This document shows, piece after piece, positions 50,230 to 62,558 of a stretch of 64,000 nucleotides of DNA. Position numbers and translations under genes: made by a program. The notes under the pieces are model-generated. The model made no database searches. It was not told where the DNA came from and saw only the letters and a list, made by a program, of their open reading frames with translations. How positions within the stretch are numbered: position 1 is the stretch's first letter; the number at the start of each line of letters is the position of its first letter. The DNA comes from Octopus vulgaris (lineage: Eukaryota): the NCBI GenBank assembly GCA_951406725.2, contig OX597838.1:31992001-32056000 (forward strand), in the 5' to 3' direction.

Positions 50230-51078
50230 TGTGTCGTCTCTGTGGCGTTTCATGTTCTTGTCCATGTCTGTAATTATTTTTACTGTTTACCTATATAATC
50301 GGCGGCTACGTATCCACAATTGTCCTTATACGATAAGTATATTTTTTTCTCAAGCATTGATACGACTCTTAATCTTTCTTTCTCTCTCTCTCTCCTCCCT
50401 TATTCCCCCTCCTTTCTTTCCCTCTCCATCCGTTTCCCCCCCCCCTTCTACGTTTCTCTATCTCTCTCACCTCCAGCCCCCTCGATCTGTCTCTTTCTTC
50501 TCCTCCCTCGTCCACCTTCTCTCTCTTTTCATCTGTCCCTTTCTCTTGTCTTTTGTTCTCACGTGACCGCTGACCGCTGTTGAGCGCTCTTTTCGTTCCA
50601 GCAGCCGTTGAAGCAACACGTACTTGTTCGTCTCCCTGTGGCCATTAGGCACAACTTCATAAGCCAGCCCCATGCTCAATTCGTCCTGTCGAAAGACCCT
50701 TGTCCTACGTCCTGGTTTTGTTTTGTTGTTTATTTTTTATACTTTATTTTTACCGTTATTGTTTTTACGTTTTTGTATTCTTATTGTTGTCACGTATTCT
50801 GTATTTTTGTTCGTGTACTTCGTTCGTTTTCCGTCCTCGTGTTGTATACATTCGAAGCTTTCTTCCAGGGGATCTAATGCACTTGGCTTAGATTTCCCGT
50901 GGCGGGCTGCCCATATCGGAGCAATCTCAAGATTAATCAGCCGAAATTGCTAAGATGATCTGGTTCTTGACTGATGACTGAGGGCTTCGAATGTCCCGTC
51001 CTGTGGTTCTTGTGTCGTCTCTGTGGCGTTTCATGTTCTTGTCCATGTCTGTAATTATTTTTACTGTTTACCTATATA
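50230..51078 (+). mobile_element. Non-coding Penelope-like / retrozyme-like element: 781-bp unit plus 68-bp terminal direct repeat
   Basis: 50230-50297 is identical to 51011-51078; both ends sit in (TA)n; CpG-rich interior; homologous fragments at ~20020-20143, ~37560-37717, ~60890-61150. Confidence 0.65.
50921..50986 (+). ncRNA. Candidate non-circularly permuted hammerhead ribozyme (further copies on - strand: 20093-20143 partial, 37646-37711, 61007-61072)
   Basis: GCAATC-TCAAGA...AGCC-GAAA-TTGC...TCTTGA-CTGATGA...GGCT; pairings are conserved across copies (see findings). Confidence 0.5.
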
Positions 51079-51096
51079 TATATATATATATATACA

Positions 51097-51330
51097 CAGG
51101 GTGTTTAAAAAGTCTCTCTGCATGGAATTTTTTTTCATCCTGTGCGTCACCATGGCACTACTTCAAGAGTTTTTTGGTGAACGGATTATTTTGAAGGGAC
51201 TTTGGCCACCAAGTTCACCTGATTTAACACCACCAGACTTTTTTTCTAGGGAGCAAGTAAAGAATCAGTGTACAAGAAATGCCCCAAAACCATTAAATAT
51301 TTACTGCGGAGAGACTTTTTGAACACCTTG
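51097..51330 (+). mobile_element. Internally deleted Tc1/mariner element
   Basis: ~26-bp TIRs CAGGGTGTTTAAAAAGTCTCTCTGCA / TGCGGAGAGACTTTTTGAACACCTTG; residual transposase motif WPPSSPDLTPPDFF. Confidence 0.88.
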
Positions 51331-51666
51331 TGTGTATATATATATAATGTCATTTATCTTTTACATGTTTCAGTCATCAGACTGTGGCCATGCTGGGGCA
51401 CAGCCTTGAACAGTTTTTAGTCAAATGAACTGACTCCCAGTGTGATTTTTTTTTCTTTTTTTCTTCTTGAAGTTTGATACTTATTCTATTAGTCTCTTTT
51501 GCCAAACTGCTAAGTTATGAGACATAAACAAACCAACAGTGATTATCAAGCAATGGTGAGAGGACAAACACAAAGGAATACACGCAAATACACAAACACA
51601 TATATATGTATATACATACACACAGATATATGTATACTTATTTTTATTATAACTTTACATGAAATA

Positions 51667-51702
<36 letters not shown>

Positions 51703-51842
51703 CAAAATATTAAGGAATGACCCTGAATGTATCATATAGTTTGTTGAATGTATCATATAGTCTGTGACTATTTCTATTTTCTCACTTGACCGCTGGTGGC
51801 AGAAAATTTTTCTTGAATTTTTTGTTACCCTTATATTGATTG

Positions 51843-51874
<32 letters not shown>

Positions 51875-52149
51875 GCGAGCTAGCAGAAATGTTAGCACAG
51901 TGGGCGAAAGGCTTAGCGGTATTTCGTCTGTCTTTATGTTCTGAGTTCAAATTCTGCCAACGTTGATTTTGCCTTTCATCCTTTCGGGCTGGTGTTGATC
52001 TAATTGACTGGCCCCCTCCCCAAAATTTTTGGGCGTTGTGCCTAGAGTAGAAAAAAAAATATATACATATCTAATAACATATATTTACATATTTATATTC
52101 ATATATATATATAAGCTTATACATGTCCATTGCATCATCCATACTCTCA

Positions 52150-52748
52150 ACAATGCGCCCTTAATATATGGTTTCTGATTACAAATATCTTGGGTCATAC
52201 ATATCATCATCTGGAAAAGATTTTCTAACTAGAAAGGGTATGGCCTGGTCAGCCTGTAATGACATGCATAAGATCTGGTCATCAAATCTAAGTAGAGACT
52301 TCAAACTTGAAATCTTCAAAGCCACAGTCGAACCAATTCTACTATATGGCTCAGAAACCTGGACGTTATCAAAGAAGCTTGAGAGGCGGTTGGATGGAAC
52401 CTACACTCGCCTCCTTATGAGAGCTCAAAATCTCTCGTAGAAGTGTCATCCAACCAAAATGCAAATATATGGGAAACTACCACCTGTGTCATCTCTTGTG
52501 AAAGGTAGGAGAGTCCAGTTTGCTGGACATTGTTGTAGAGCTGAAAACGAGGCAATTTCTACTCTTCTCCTCTGGAAGCCATCTACTCGCAATACCAGAG
52601 GGCGCACACTCTCCTACCTTGATGTAATCTCCGGGGATACAGGCATCCAGCAACAGGACCTCCGTAATGCCATGATGGACCATGAAGTCTGGCGTAGCAC
52701 GGTAAATTCCATTGTCTCGACCACGGTCGAACAATGATGATGATGATG
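52150..52748 (+). mobile_element. 5'-truncated RTE-group LINE (RT C-terminal region, one in-frame stop) with (tga)n tail
   Basis: YKYLGS, ILLYGSETW, FAGH motifs; ORFs 52168-52440 and 52459-52737 are in the same frame, separated by TAG. Confidence 0.9.
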
Positions 52749-53574
52749 TGTACTTATTTATGCATGTTAAGTTCACACACACAAAACAGGTGAATCTGTT
52801 CATAAACAATTTAGTTCCGAAATAATTCACCAACAAACTGTCCCGTTTTGCTTTTCTTCCCTTTCCTCTCTGCCATCTTCTTAACTCAAGAGATCAATCA
52901 ATGCAAACGTCCAACACGATATCAATGTGTTTTTATTCTCACAGATTCCTCTCTGTTCATCTAACTATGCACACAGACTTCTAAACTCAGGCCATTTGTC
53001 ATGCAGTTTAAATTTTTAATCACCCTACATTATTATACTCACTCACACTTGTACGTATTACAGGTTTAGGTCTTTGGATTGCAGTTGTGCTGGGGGACAC
53101 AGTCTTCGAGAGTTCTGTTCCTCGTCTTGACCTCCACGTTTATTTCACTTTGCTTCTTATTTCATTGTCAAACAACTAAGTTGATTGGACATAACGACTC
53201 CCTAGCAATGGTTTATATATATAGACTCTAATAAAAAAAAAATACACACACACACATAAAGGCTTCTGAACAGTTGCCTTCTCTGAAATTGCATTCGAAA
53301 GATGTCAATCAACTTGAGGCTTCGTTAGAAGACATTAAATCATGGTGTTGTAAAGCAAGTTTTTCTTAATGAGATAATCAAGTTTGTCCCTATTAAGGGT
53401 CACTTATGACCATTTATATCCCTCTCTTACCTTGTATGTTTCATGTATTGACCATATCTGCCCATGTATAACCATGTTCACATATACCCATGGGCATATA
53501 TTTATCTTTGATCACCATGGTGTTGGACAGGTGTACAAATTTCAAATTATCCCAGTTCCATTAGACATGACACT

Positions 53575-53963
53575 GGCATGGCTTTGTGGTTAAGAAGCTT
53601 GCTTTTCAACCATGTGGTCTCAGGTTCAGTCCTGTTGTGTGGAACCTCGGGCAAGTGTTTTCTACTATAGCCCTGGGCCAACCAATGCCTGGGAGGGAAT
53701 TTGGTAAAAGGAAACTGTGGAAGCCTGTCTGTTATATATATATATATATATATCTATATATATGTGGCCTTGTGTGTTTTTGTTTGTGTGTTTGACAACC
53801 AGTGTTTGTTTGTTTACATCCTCAAAGCTTAGCAGTTTGGCAAAAGAGACACACGGGATAAGTACCAGACTTGAAAATAAGTTCTGGGGTTGATTTGTTT
53901 GATTGAACCCTTGTACGTGGTGCCCCAGCATGGCCACAGTCCAGTGGCTGAAACAAGTAAAAG
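53575..53963 (+). mobile_element. SINE family A, old copy
   Basis: Diverged consensus. Further partial copies at ~11305-11490, 37086-37228, 41070-41400, 51350-51600, 60250-60400, 61284-61433. Confidence 0.8.
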
Positions 53964-54098
53964 ATAGATGGCAATTTGTCTGCCCCGCCCCGGTCCTTTT
54001 TCAATCGTCACAGATCTCCCTTCCCCCCCTCCTGTGGGGAAACACTCCTCTAAAGAATCTGGTTTTATGTTTTGGTAGCTCTGTTGTCATTACTAACA

Positions 54099-54134
<36 letters not shown>

Positions 54135-54307
54135 ACTTATTTAGGTATGGGGTGTCAAAGAGGTAGAGTTAAGTGTCTGGCTGAAGAACACAACACAAAT
54201 CTCTTGCTGCAAAAGACTTGGGATTGTCGTTCTTGGTTCAGAAGAATTTCTCATACTCAGCTCTCCCTAAATCCTCACAACAACAACAACAACAATCTCG
54301 TCTTTAA

Positions 54308-54528
54308 CCCTTTTGTTACCAACCCGGCTGAAACCGGCTCTGACTCTGTTGTACAAATGTCTTGTTTTCTTAAGGTTTCAATTAAAATCTTCCACCAAAC
54401 CTTAGTCACAATTTATGTCCCTAATACAAGCTGAATGATAACTAAGTTATTTTACTAAATTCTTTGTTATATTTAAAGTAATTGAAAGAAACACAGAACA
54501 TCTCAAAATAAATACAGTAATGAAAGGG
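54308..54528. mobile_element. piggyBac-type MITE, intact copy of the same family
   Basis: TTAA TSDs; CCCTTT...AAAGGG ends; interior matches 30763-30952. Confidence 0.9.
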
Positions 54529-54842
54529 TTAAAGAAAACCCGAGCATCATCAATCAACAGCCCCCAGTATTTTACTGGTACTTGTTTTATTGTTTGCTCC
54601 CTCTGTCTCTCCTTTACCTGACTGACAACCTTAGGCAAGTGTCTCCTAAAATACAGTTTCAATCCCAGTTAAAACCACAGTCATTTCCCTAAGGCTTCCA
54701 GTTTCTTTAACAAATGATGTACAAACAACCACCAGGTTTCGTGAAATAAACAAAACTATGCAATTACTATTTCTTCATTTGTTCTGTGATAATCTTGTTA
54801 AAACTGGATCAATTAATTGATTCCCTATCAAGTTCTATAACA

Positions 54843-55050
54843 TCAGATAGACACTACTTTCAGCAGGATATTTGCTCTTCCCCAAAATATTGTCTTTTGC
54901 AATGTTGTAACGCTGGGACCGATTCCAATTTTGTCAAGGGTGTTTCTGAAAGCTTTCTTTACTGACACAAATGCTCCAAATACAATTGGTTCTATCCTTG
55001 CTTTCATATTCCATATTCTCTTGACATCTCTTCTCAAGTCTACATATTTA
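54843..55050 (-). mobile_element. R4/Dong-like LINE 3' end adjoining (TAA)n
   Basis: KYVDLRRDVKRIWNMKARIEPIVFGAFVSV..TLQKTIFWGRANILLKVV. Confidence 0.75.
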
Positions 55051-55081
55051 TTATTATTATTATTATTATTATTTTTGTAAT

Positions 55082-55815
55082 AAGGCAGTGAGCTGGCAGA
55101 ATTGTTAGCACACTGGACGAAATGCTTAGCGCTATTTCATTTGCCACTGTGTCCTGAGTTCAAATTCCGCTGAGGTCGACTTTGCCGTTCATCCTTTCAG
55201 GGTTGATAAAATAAGTACCATTATGTACAGGGGTCAATGTAATCGACTCATCTCCACCTCTCCCAAGCTACCCTTGTGACAAAAATTTTAAATTATCATC
55301 ATTATTATTATTAATAATAATAATGATGATGATGATGATGATGATGATATTTTATTATTATTATTATTAGTATAAGGTGGTGAGCTGGCAGAATTGTTAG
55401 CACACTGGACGAAATGCTTAGCTGTATTTCATCAGCTGCTACATTCTGAGTTCAAATTCCACTGAGGTCAACTTTGCCTTTCTTTCATCCTTTTGGAGTT
55501 GATAAATTAAGTACCAGTTGCGTACTGGGATCGATGTAATCGACTCCTCCCCTCCCCGCAAATGGCTGCCTTTGTGGCAAAATTTGAAACCATTATTATT
55601 ATTGTTATTGTTGTTGTTGTTTGTAAGGTGGGGAGCTGACAGAATTATTAATACATTAGTAGCATTTTGTCTGTCTTTATATGCTGAGGTCAACTTTGCC
55701 TTTCATCCATTCAGGGTCGACAAAATAAGTACGAGTCAAGCACCAGAGTTGATGTAATTGACTTACCCCGTCCCCTGAAATTGCTGGCCTTGTGTCAAAA
55801 TTAGAAACCAATATT
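55082..55815 (+). mobile_element. Three tandem older SINE family B copies separated by (att)n
   Basis: Heads at ~55082, ~55375, ~55625. Other B copies at ~18087-18227, 20215-20445, 27497-27655, 51871-52055, 59265-59625. Confidence 0.82.
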
Positions 55816-55820
55816 ATAAG

Positions 55821-56002
55821 CAGTGGTTCCCAACCTGTGGTCCGCAAAGGTAGATCTAGGAGTTTGTAAACTAAATTCAAAATTTCATATATATGTGTAT
55901 ATATATATGTATATTTATATATACATAAGGATAAGCATATTAAAAGGGGTCCGTGGGAAAGTGCATTTAAATAAAAGGTCGTGAAAAGGTTCGGAACCAC
56001 TG
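55821..56002. mobile_element. hAT MITE
   Basis: TIR CAGTGGTTCC.AACCT / AGGTT.GGAACCACTG; TSD ATTATAAG/ATTATAAC (7/8); inverted partial sibling at ~23960-24048. Confidence 0.88.
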
Positions 56003-56971
56003 ATTATAACTGAGTTTATCATCAAATGTCTGTATAACCTTATTCAAAGTTATTGAATGTTTAGAGAGAAATCTCTAACCTACACTTGGAATTTACAGAT
56101 TTGATATTACTTACTAACAGACTGATATTATTTTCAGATTGACATAACAATTTAATGTCTTTCATATTATAATTTTACAGTCTCTGGTATTACCATTTGC
56201 AGATTCTGGTAAGGCTGTTTTGTAGAACTTTCTTAGATAAAGTTGGTTTAAGTTTTTTGAAAATGTTGGTTTGGCTTAGTGAGAGGAGACAGTCCAGGAC
56301 TTTTGGAAGTAAAGTGAAGTGAAGTAAAAACCATAAATTGTGAGTTTTTGTTCTGGTCAAAGAACTTGACCCAGTTACTTGGAACAGGGTGGAGTCTGCT
56401 AGAAGCCCAAGGGCCAGGTGGTGATGTTAAATAATGTGACAAATTAAATCAGGAATAGATCCAATCCATTTGACAGATTTTCAAGTAGTTTCCTTCAGCC
56501 AAATTTCATCCACAAAATTTTGTGAATGAAATTTGGTAGGAGACACTTGCTCAAAGTGCTGTGCTGTGAGATTGAACCTGTAACCACATGCTTACAACAT
56601 AAATCCCATAGCCATGACTGCTCCCTTAGTGATACCCCAGTGAAGTTAAATCTCACAGCCATGACCACCCTATTAGTAAATCCCTTTACTTTATGGTAAG
56701 CATCCCGAAAGGTGCTACCATCAAACCCACAAGCACCTGGCTATACTTGTATACAGTGTTCGGGGTCCCACAAAATGCCTTTTGGTTTTTCTTTAAACTG
56801 TATCCTTTCACTTCCTGTTATAGAATATTGCAAGCTGGGACTGATTTTTACCTGTCTTCATCTCATTAATAACATTAGCTCTGCATTGGTGGTCCTCAGC
56901 CATTTTTTATCTATGGACTCCTCTGATTACTATTTTATTCTGGTGGACCCCAATAGCCATTCAATGTTTAA

Positions 56972-57193
56972 CCCTTTAGCATTTAAACCGGCCAAATCCA
57001 GCCAAAAGTATTCAGCCTGTTTTATGTTCAAACTGACCAGATCTGGTCTCTCACACCAACCCTACAATATCGTTTTAAAAATTAACTGCTACCTCATCAA
57101 AATCTCACAGCTACAAGATTAATGAATGATTAGTTCAAAACAGTTTGGAGGAAAAAGCATTAATTTTAGCAGAATAATGTGAACCCTAAAGGG
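56972..57193. mobile_element. piggyBac-type MITE, second family
   Basis: TTAA-CCCTTTAG...CTAAAGGG-TTAA. Sibling at 49888-50110; fragments at ~9238-9880 and ~11500-11633. Confidence 0.85.
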
Positions 57194-57840
57194 TTAAAAA
57201 CTAGTTTTATAGAAACTTCTTTCAAAATTCCTGTTTTGCTTGTTTCACTTTCCCTTTTGTAATTTGATGTTAGAGAAAAAAAAAAAACCTTGTTGTTTCT
57301 TTCACTGAATACATCTAAAACAAACCCTTTTCACAGACCCTTAAAATACTACTGTGGATTTCCAGTTTACTATTTTGCTTGTATGAATCCCTAGAAATCT
57401 TATATGGACCCCAGTTGAGAACCGCTGCTCTACTCGATCACTCGCCCTGCTAGAAATAGCAACTAAATCTCACTCGCCTCACACCTTACTATCAATAAAA
57501 GGGAATGGGAAAACCTCTGCATCCCTAGATTCAGGGGGGAAGAGTATTTTACATGGGGTTGAGGGTAAATAACTTGTAATGTGTCATAGCATCCCTTTAC
57601 ATTCTGAGTTCAAATCCCACCAACGATAACTTTGTAATTTTATCCTCCCAGTTGAATGAAATAAATACCAGTCATACACGTGGGTTAGTAACATCAATGA
57701 CAGTCCTTGTGAGGATGGACAGGTGGATGGATGGATGCCTAAATCAGCTGTTAATGTTTTTTTTCACATTCTCATTCCATGATGATGATGGGATGATGAT
57801 GATGATATTGTGATGATGATGATGGGATGATGTGATGATA

Positions 57841-58221
57841 ATGATGGTGTTTGCCATCTAAAGGTTAACATGTGTGGGAAATAGTCAATATGTGATCTGT
57901 TTGCAGGCAAGGGGGACAACTATGGGCATGTTTCAGTCTATTAGACCTCATCGCCATCAAAGGCTGCCTAATTCTATTCTAATTAATTGAGAATATTCTC
58001 TAAATACAAAATTCAGAACATCATCCCTTTAATTATTCATTAATATTTGTGGCATTGGCACAGTTCAGTTATTTCCCCTTTGCTCATTTTATTTCTTCTA
58101 TTAATTACACAAATTATATTAACCAAAATTTATTTGTACCTGTCTTTCATGAATTTAAATAATCATTGACTGATGAAACAGTCCAGACTGTATCCTGATG
58201 AATGGCTAAGTTCACCTTGGA
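57841..58221. repeat. Left arm of a long-range inverted duplication
   Basis: Reverse complement of 63210-63592; 8 transitions and one 2-nt indel by manual alignment. Confidence 0.96.
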
Positions 58222-58654
58222 GAGTGGGTCGGTGGGTGGAGTCTAATTAATTAAAAACCATAATCAATAAAGGAGGAATAATAGAAAGTGTAGAGTGCCT
58301 TACAGTAGTATTTGGTTCCATCTCTGGACATACTGAGTTCAAACCTTGCTGGGGTCAACTTGCTGGGATGGAGCCACTGTAGAATATGTACTGGGTATAG
58401 GTGAGTGGGTGGGGAGTCAGTTTAATTTATTATAATCCTCCTCCTTCTTTTGTAAAAGTATGGCCCTATGCATCATCATTGTCATCATCAACATGTTAAG
58501 CTTTTCATGGATTGATACTAAGGGTACCAGTTAACTACTGTGGGTCAACAACTGTCATCATGAAATGTGTGGCCTTTTCTTTAGGTCTTTTCTTTTTTGT
58601 TTACTTTTCAAGCCAGTGGCCCTTGGCTATACTAGAGCACTATTATTATTATTG

Positions 58655-58691
<37 letters not shown>

Positions 58692-58693
<2 letters not shown>

Positions 58694-59238
58694 GAATGAG
58701 AGAGCAGTGCATGCCACCAAAGTGACACTGGGGTACAAATATACGAAGCCCAATATACCCATCTGATAAGGGTACACCAGGCCCATGCATCACAACCATA
58801 TGTGCACGACATGGTGATCTCATATCAAGATAAACAGCACATGACCTTGCAGGTGGGGCCCAGTTAGAATTTTCTTCAGGTTGAATAGCCCATCGCGCTC
58901 AAAAGATCCCTAAATGAGGGCCGTTCAAAGATATTGAACGAAACACCCATGTTTCCAGAGGTGAATTATCCAAACCCCAAAGAATTCCTTTCAACACACG
59001 GCTATGATGCTCCCCACAATACTTCTGCTCATGGCCAGAGATGCACATATCATCAGCCACTAAGGGACATGCTCAACTGGTTAAGGTCAAACAACTGACA
59101 AGCAAATCTGTGGTATTGAGCAGAATATTTGCTGTAGCCCATCTTTTATACCAAGACAAAGCAGTGTACATGATAACACTTCTAATCTGTTAAGATCAGA
59201 AGCCATGAGAGCCACTGCCTGGTACTGCATCAGGGCAT
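58692..59238. mobile_element. ~545-bp interspersed element inserted in (TTA)n, copy 2
   Basis: Same termini as copy 1. Confidence 0.85.
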
Positions 59239-60791
59239 TTATTATCATTATCATTATTATGATAAAAGCAGCAAGCTGGCAGAATTGACAATATGCTGGG
59301 CAAAATGCTTGACATCATTTTGCCTGTCTTTACGTTCTGATTTCAAATGCTGTCAGGGTTGACTTTGCCTTTCATCCCTTCAGGGTCGATAAAATAAGCA
59401 AGTGTCAAGCACTGGGGTCAATATAATTGACTTAGCCCTTTCCTCGAAGCAGCTGGCTCTTTATGTTCTGGGTTCACATCCTGCCGGGGGTTGACTTTGC
59501 CTTTCATCCCTTTTGTGGGGGTCAATGGAATAAGCACCAGTTGCACACTGGGGGGGCTCAATGTAATTAACTAACCCCCCAACCCCCAAATTTCAGGCCT
59601 TGTGCCTATATAAAAAAATGGATTATTCGTGGTCTCAGTATCATTATTATTATTATAAAATTAATCACAAATTGGCTCAGGTGTAGCGAGCTTGCACTAA
59701 TTCATACCTGCCTTAGAGGTGTCATTTCCAAAGTCTCTCATCAAACACACACACACACACACTCTCTCTCTCTCCACCCCTACCCTTACACCAGATAAGC
59801 AAGATTTTATCAAGGACAAAAACTATGTAAAAATGTATAGAAATATCCAAAACCAGCCGCCTTTCTCTGTATATTTTCTAGATTATTTCTGGAAAGTTTT
59901 CTAGAATTTTTTTGCAGAATGTTCTCTTTATTTATTTATCTATTTATTTATTTATTTATTAGCATATATATATATATATATACACATATATATATATATA
60001 TATACACACATATATATATATATATATAAAATGTCCTTTCTTCTCTCTGTCTATTTATATGACCATCCTTCTATCTTTATGAAATAAAATGAAATAAAAC
60101 AAGAAAAAAGATAAGAAAAAGAGAATGAAGTGAATAAAATGGTGTTTTTTTTTTTTTATAAACTCCAGAGAAATTGTTGTGGTTTTTGTTTTTAGTGTTT
60201 GTGTTGTGTTTACAGCCACCCAGCTGTGCTTAGATGTAAGGTACAGGTCTGGCTGTGTGGTTAAGAAGCGTGTTTCACAACCCCCGTGGTTTTGAGTTCA
60301 GTTCTACTGCCAGGTACCTTGAGCGAATGTCTGCTATTATAGCCCTGGTCCAACAAATGCCTCGTGAATGAATTAGCTAGGTGGAAACTGAAAAGGAGCC
60401 TATTATAAGTATGTGCGAGTGTATATATATATATATATATATTTGTATATATACTTTTGTTAACGATGAAAAAATCTTTACAAACTTTTACTAAGAGTTT
60501 CACTTTACCACTTATTGGATAGTTGTGATCATATTCTGGAATTGGTATTTTCTTCAAAAAATTTTCCAGTCATTTCTTCTTTCTCTTGTGGAGACTCACT
60601 CGGACTTGTGTATATATGTGTGTGTGTATGTGTATATATATGTGTGTGTATATATATATATATATGTATATGTGTGTGTGTATGTGTATATATATATATA
60701 TGTGTGTATGTGTATATATATATATGTATGTATGTGTATATATTTACATTTGTGTATGTATGCATATGTGTATATACATTTGTGTGACATT

Positions 60792-60832
<41 letters not shown>

Positions 60833-60889
60833 AATGTGTATATATATGTATGTGTGTGATTGTGTATACACAAATTTGTGTATACTTAT

Positions 60890-61150
60890 ATGTAAAATAC
60901 GAAATGGGACAAGAACGCAAAACATCCGGATAGTTAGGTGATACAAAAAGGGACAACAAAACATCCAGATAGATAATACAAAGAAAACAAGGATGGGGTC
61001 ATTCGAAGTTTTCTTTCCTCAGTCAAGTTCCAGATTATCTTTGCAATTTCAGCTGGTTATACTCGAGATTGCTCCAATCTGGCCAGCCCCAATGAAAAAC
61101 TAAGCTAAGAGCATTAGATTCCTTGGAAGAAAGCAGCAAATGTATACAAA
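60890..61150 (-). mobile_element. Divergent subfamily copy of the 50230-51078 element
   Basis: Reverse complement aligns with ~50840-51040 (tgtatacatt..ctttcttcca.gg.atctaatgc..ggagcaatctc..gaaattgc..cttgactga.ga..cttcgaatg). Confidence 0.7.
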
Positions 61151-61152
61151 AC

Positions 61153-61183
<31 letters not shown>

Positions 61184-62111
61184 AATATGTGTATATATGT
61201 ATATGTATATACATGTGTATATGTGTGTGTGTGTATATATATATATAAATATGTGTGTGTATATATATATGTGTGTGTGTGTGACAGGCTTCTCTCAGTT
61301 TCCCTGTACAAAATCTACTCACAAGGCATTGTTCAATTCAGCACTATGGCAGAAGACACTTGCCCATGGTGCCATGCAGTGATATTGAACCCCAAACCAT
61401 GTGATTGTAAAGTGGACCTCTCAGCCACACAGCCAGGTCTGCACTGATATGTTTGAAAACAACACAAAACAAAGAAAAAAGGTATTCAATCTGAGGTGAT
61501 GATCCAGTGGTATAAGATCTGTGAGAATCAGAACAGGATCGGTGGATTAGATGGATGGATTTGTAAAGCATGTGATGGATGGAGATCGAATAACAACCTG
61601 AAGAATATGGCTGAAGTTATTCTCTAACTTAAATCTGTGTGTGTGTGTGTTTTGTTATTTTTGTTGTGAAATTTTTATTCTCTCCCCCATCCTTCCCTTC
61701 CTCTTTCTCTCTCTCTCTCTCTCTCTATCTCTTTCTTCATACATTATATTAACTGATTTTGTGTGTGTTTATCTTCATCATCGTTTAACGTCCGCTTTCC
61801 ATGCTAGCATGGGTTGCATGACTTGACTGAGGACTGGCGAACCAGATGGCTTGCACCAGGCTCCAATCTTGATCTGGCAGAGTTTCTACAGCTGGATGCC
61901 CTTCCTAATACCAACCACTCTGCAAGTGTAGTGAGTGCTTTTACATGCCACTGGCACAAGGGCCAGTCTGGTGGTACTGGCAATGGCCACACTCGAATGG
62001 TGTTTTTACGTGCCACCTGCACAGGAGCCAGTCCAGCGGCACTGGCAATGCCCTCGCTTGAATGTTTTTTCACGTGCTACGCTCAAATGGTGCCTCTTAC
62101 GTGTGTGTATG

Positions 62112-62145
<34 letters not shown>

Positions 62146-62496
62146 TACATACATGCACACACGTGTGTGTGTTTACAGTCAGTTCACAGTCATCTCTCAC
62201 ATAGTTCATACTTTGCTGTTAGTAGTTGGATGAGGGGTGAGGAGTGGAGGTCATATCTCATTTGATTTTTTTCAATTTTGGAAAAAAAAACTTTTCTAAA
62301 GAAATAAACATGAATTAACTTCTAGATGCTTCTTTTGTGGGGTTGGGTGCATGGGGGGGATTTTGTTTTTTTGTTTTGTTTTGTTTTTTTTGTCTTTGTT
62401 ACTGTTATTTAGCCCAGGGTCTACCTGGATTTTGCAATTAATTAAAATACAATTAGGCAGGCTATGATGATGAGGAAGCATAATAAGAAAAAACAC

Positions 62497-62558
62497 GAGG
62501 TGGTCATGGCTGAGGTGTTTTTTGATCTATCAAAAGACACTTCAGCCATGACCACCTC
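62497..62558. repeat. 30-bp-arm hairpin
   Basis: GAGGTGGTCATGGCTGAGGTGTTTTTTGAT-ct-ATCAAAAGACACTTCAGCCATGACCACCTC. Confidence 0.92.

Noticed and set aside
50971-51000. Conventional type I hammerhead CTGATGA..GAAT..GTC
   Set aside because: Downstream core is GAAT, not GAAA, and no stem I partner follows GTC; the permuted reading fits the pairings better.
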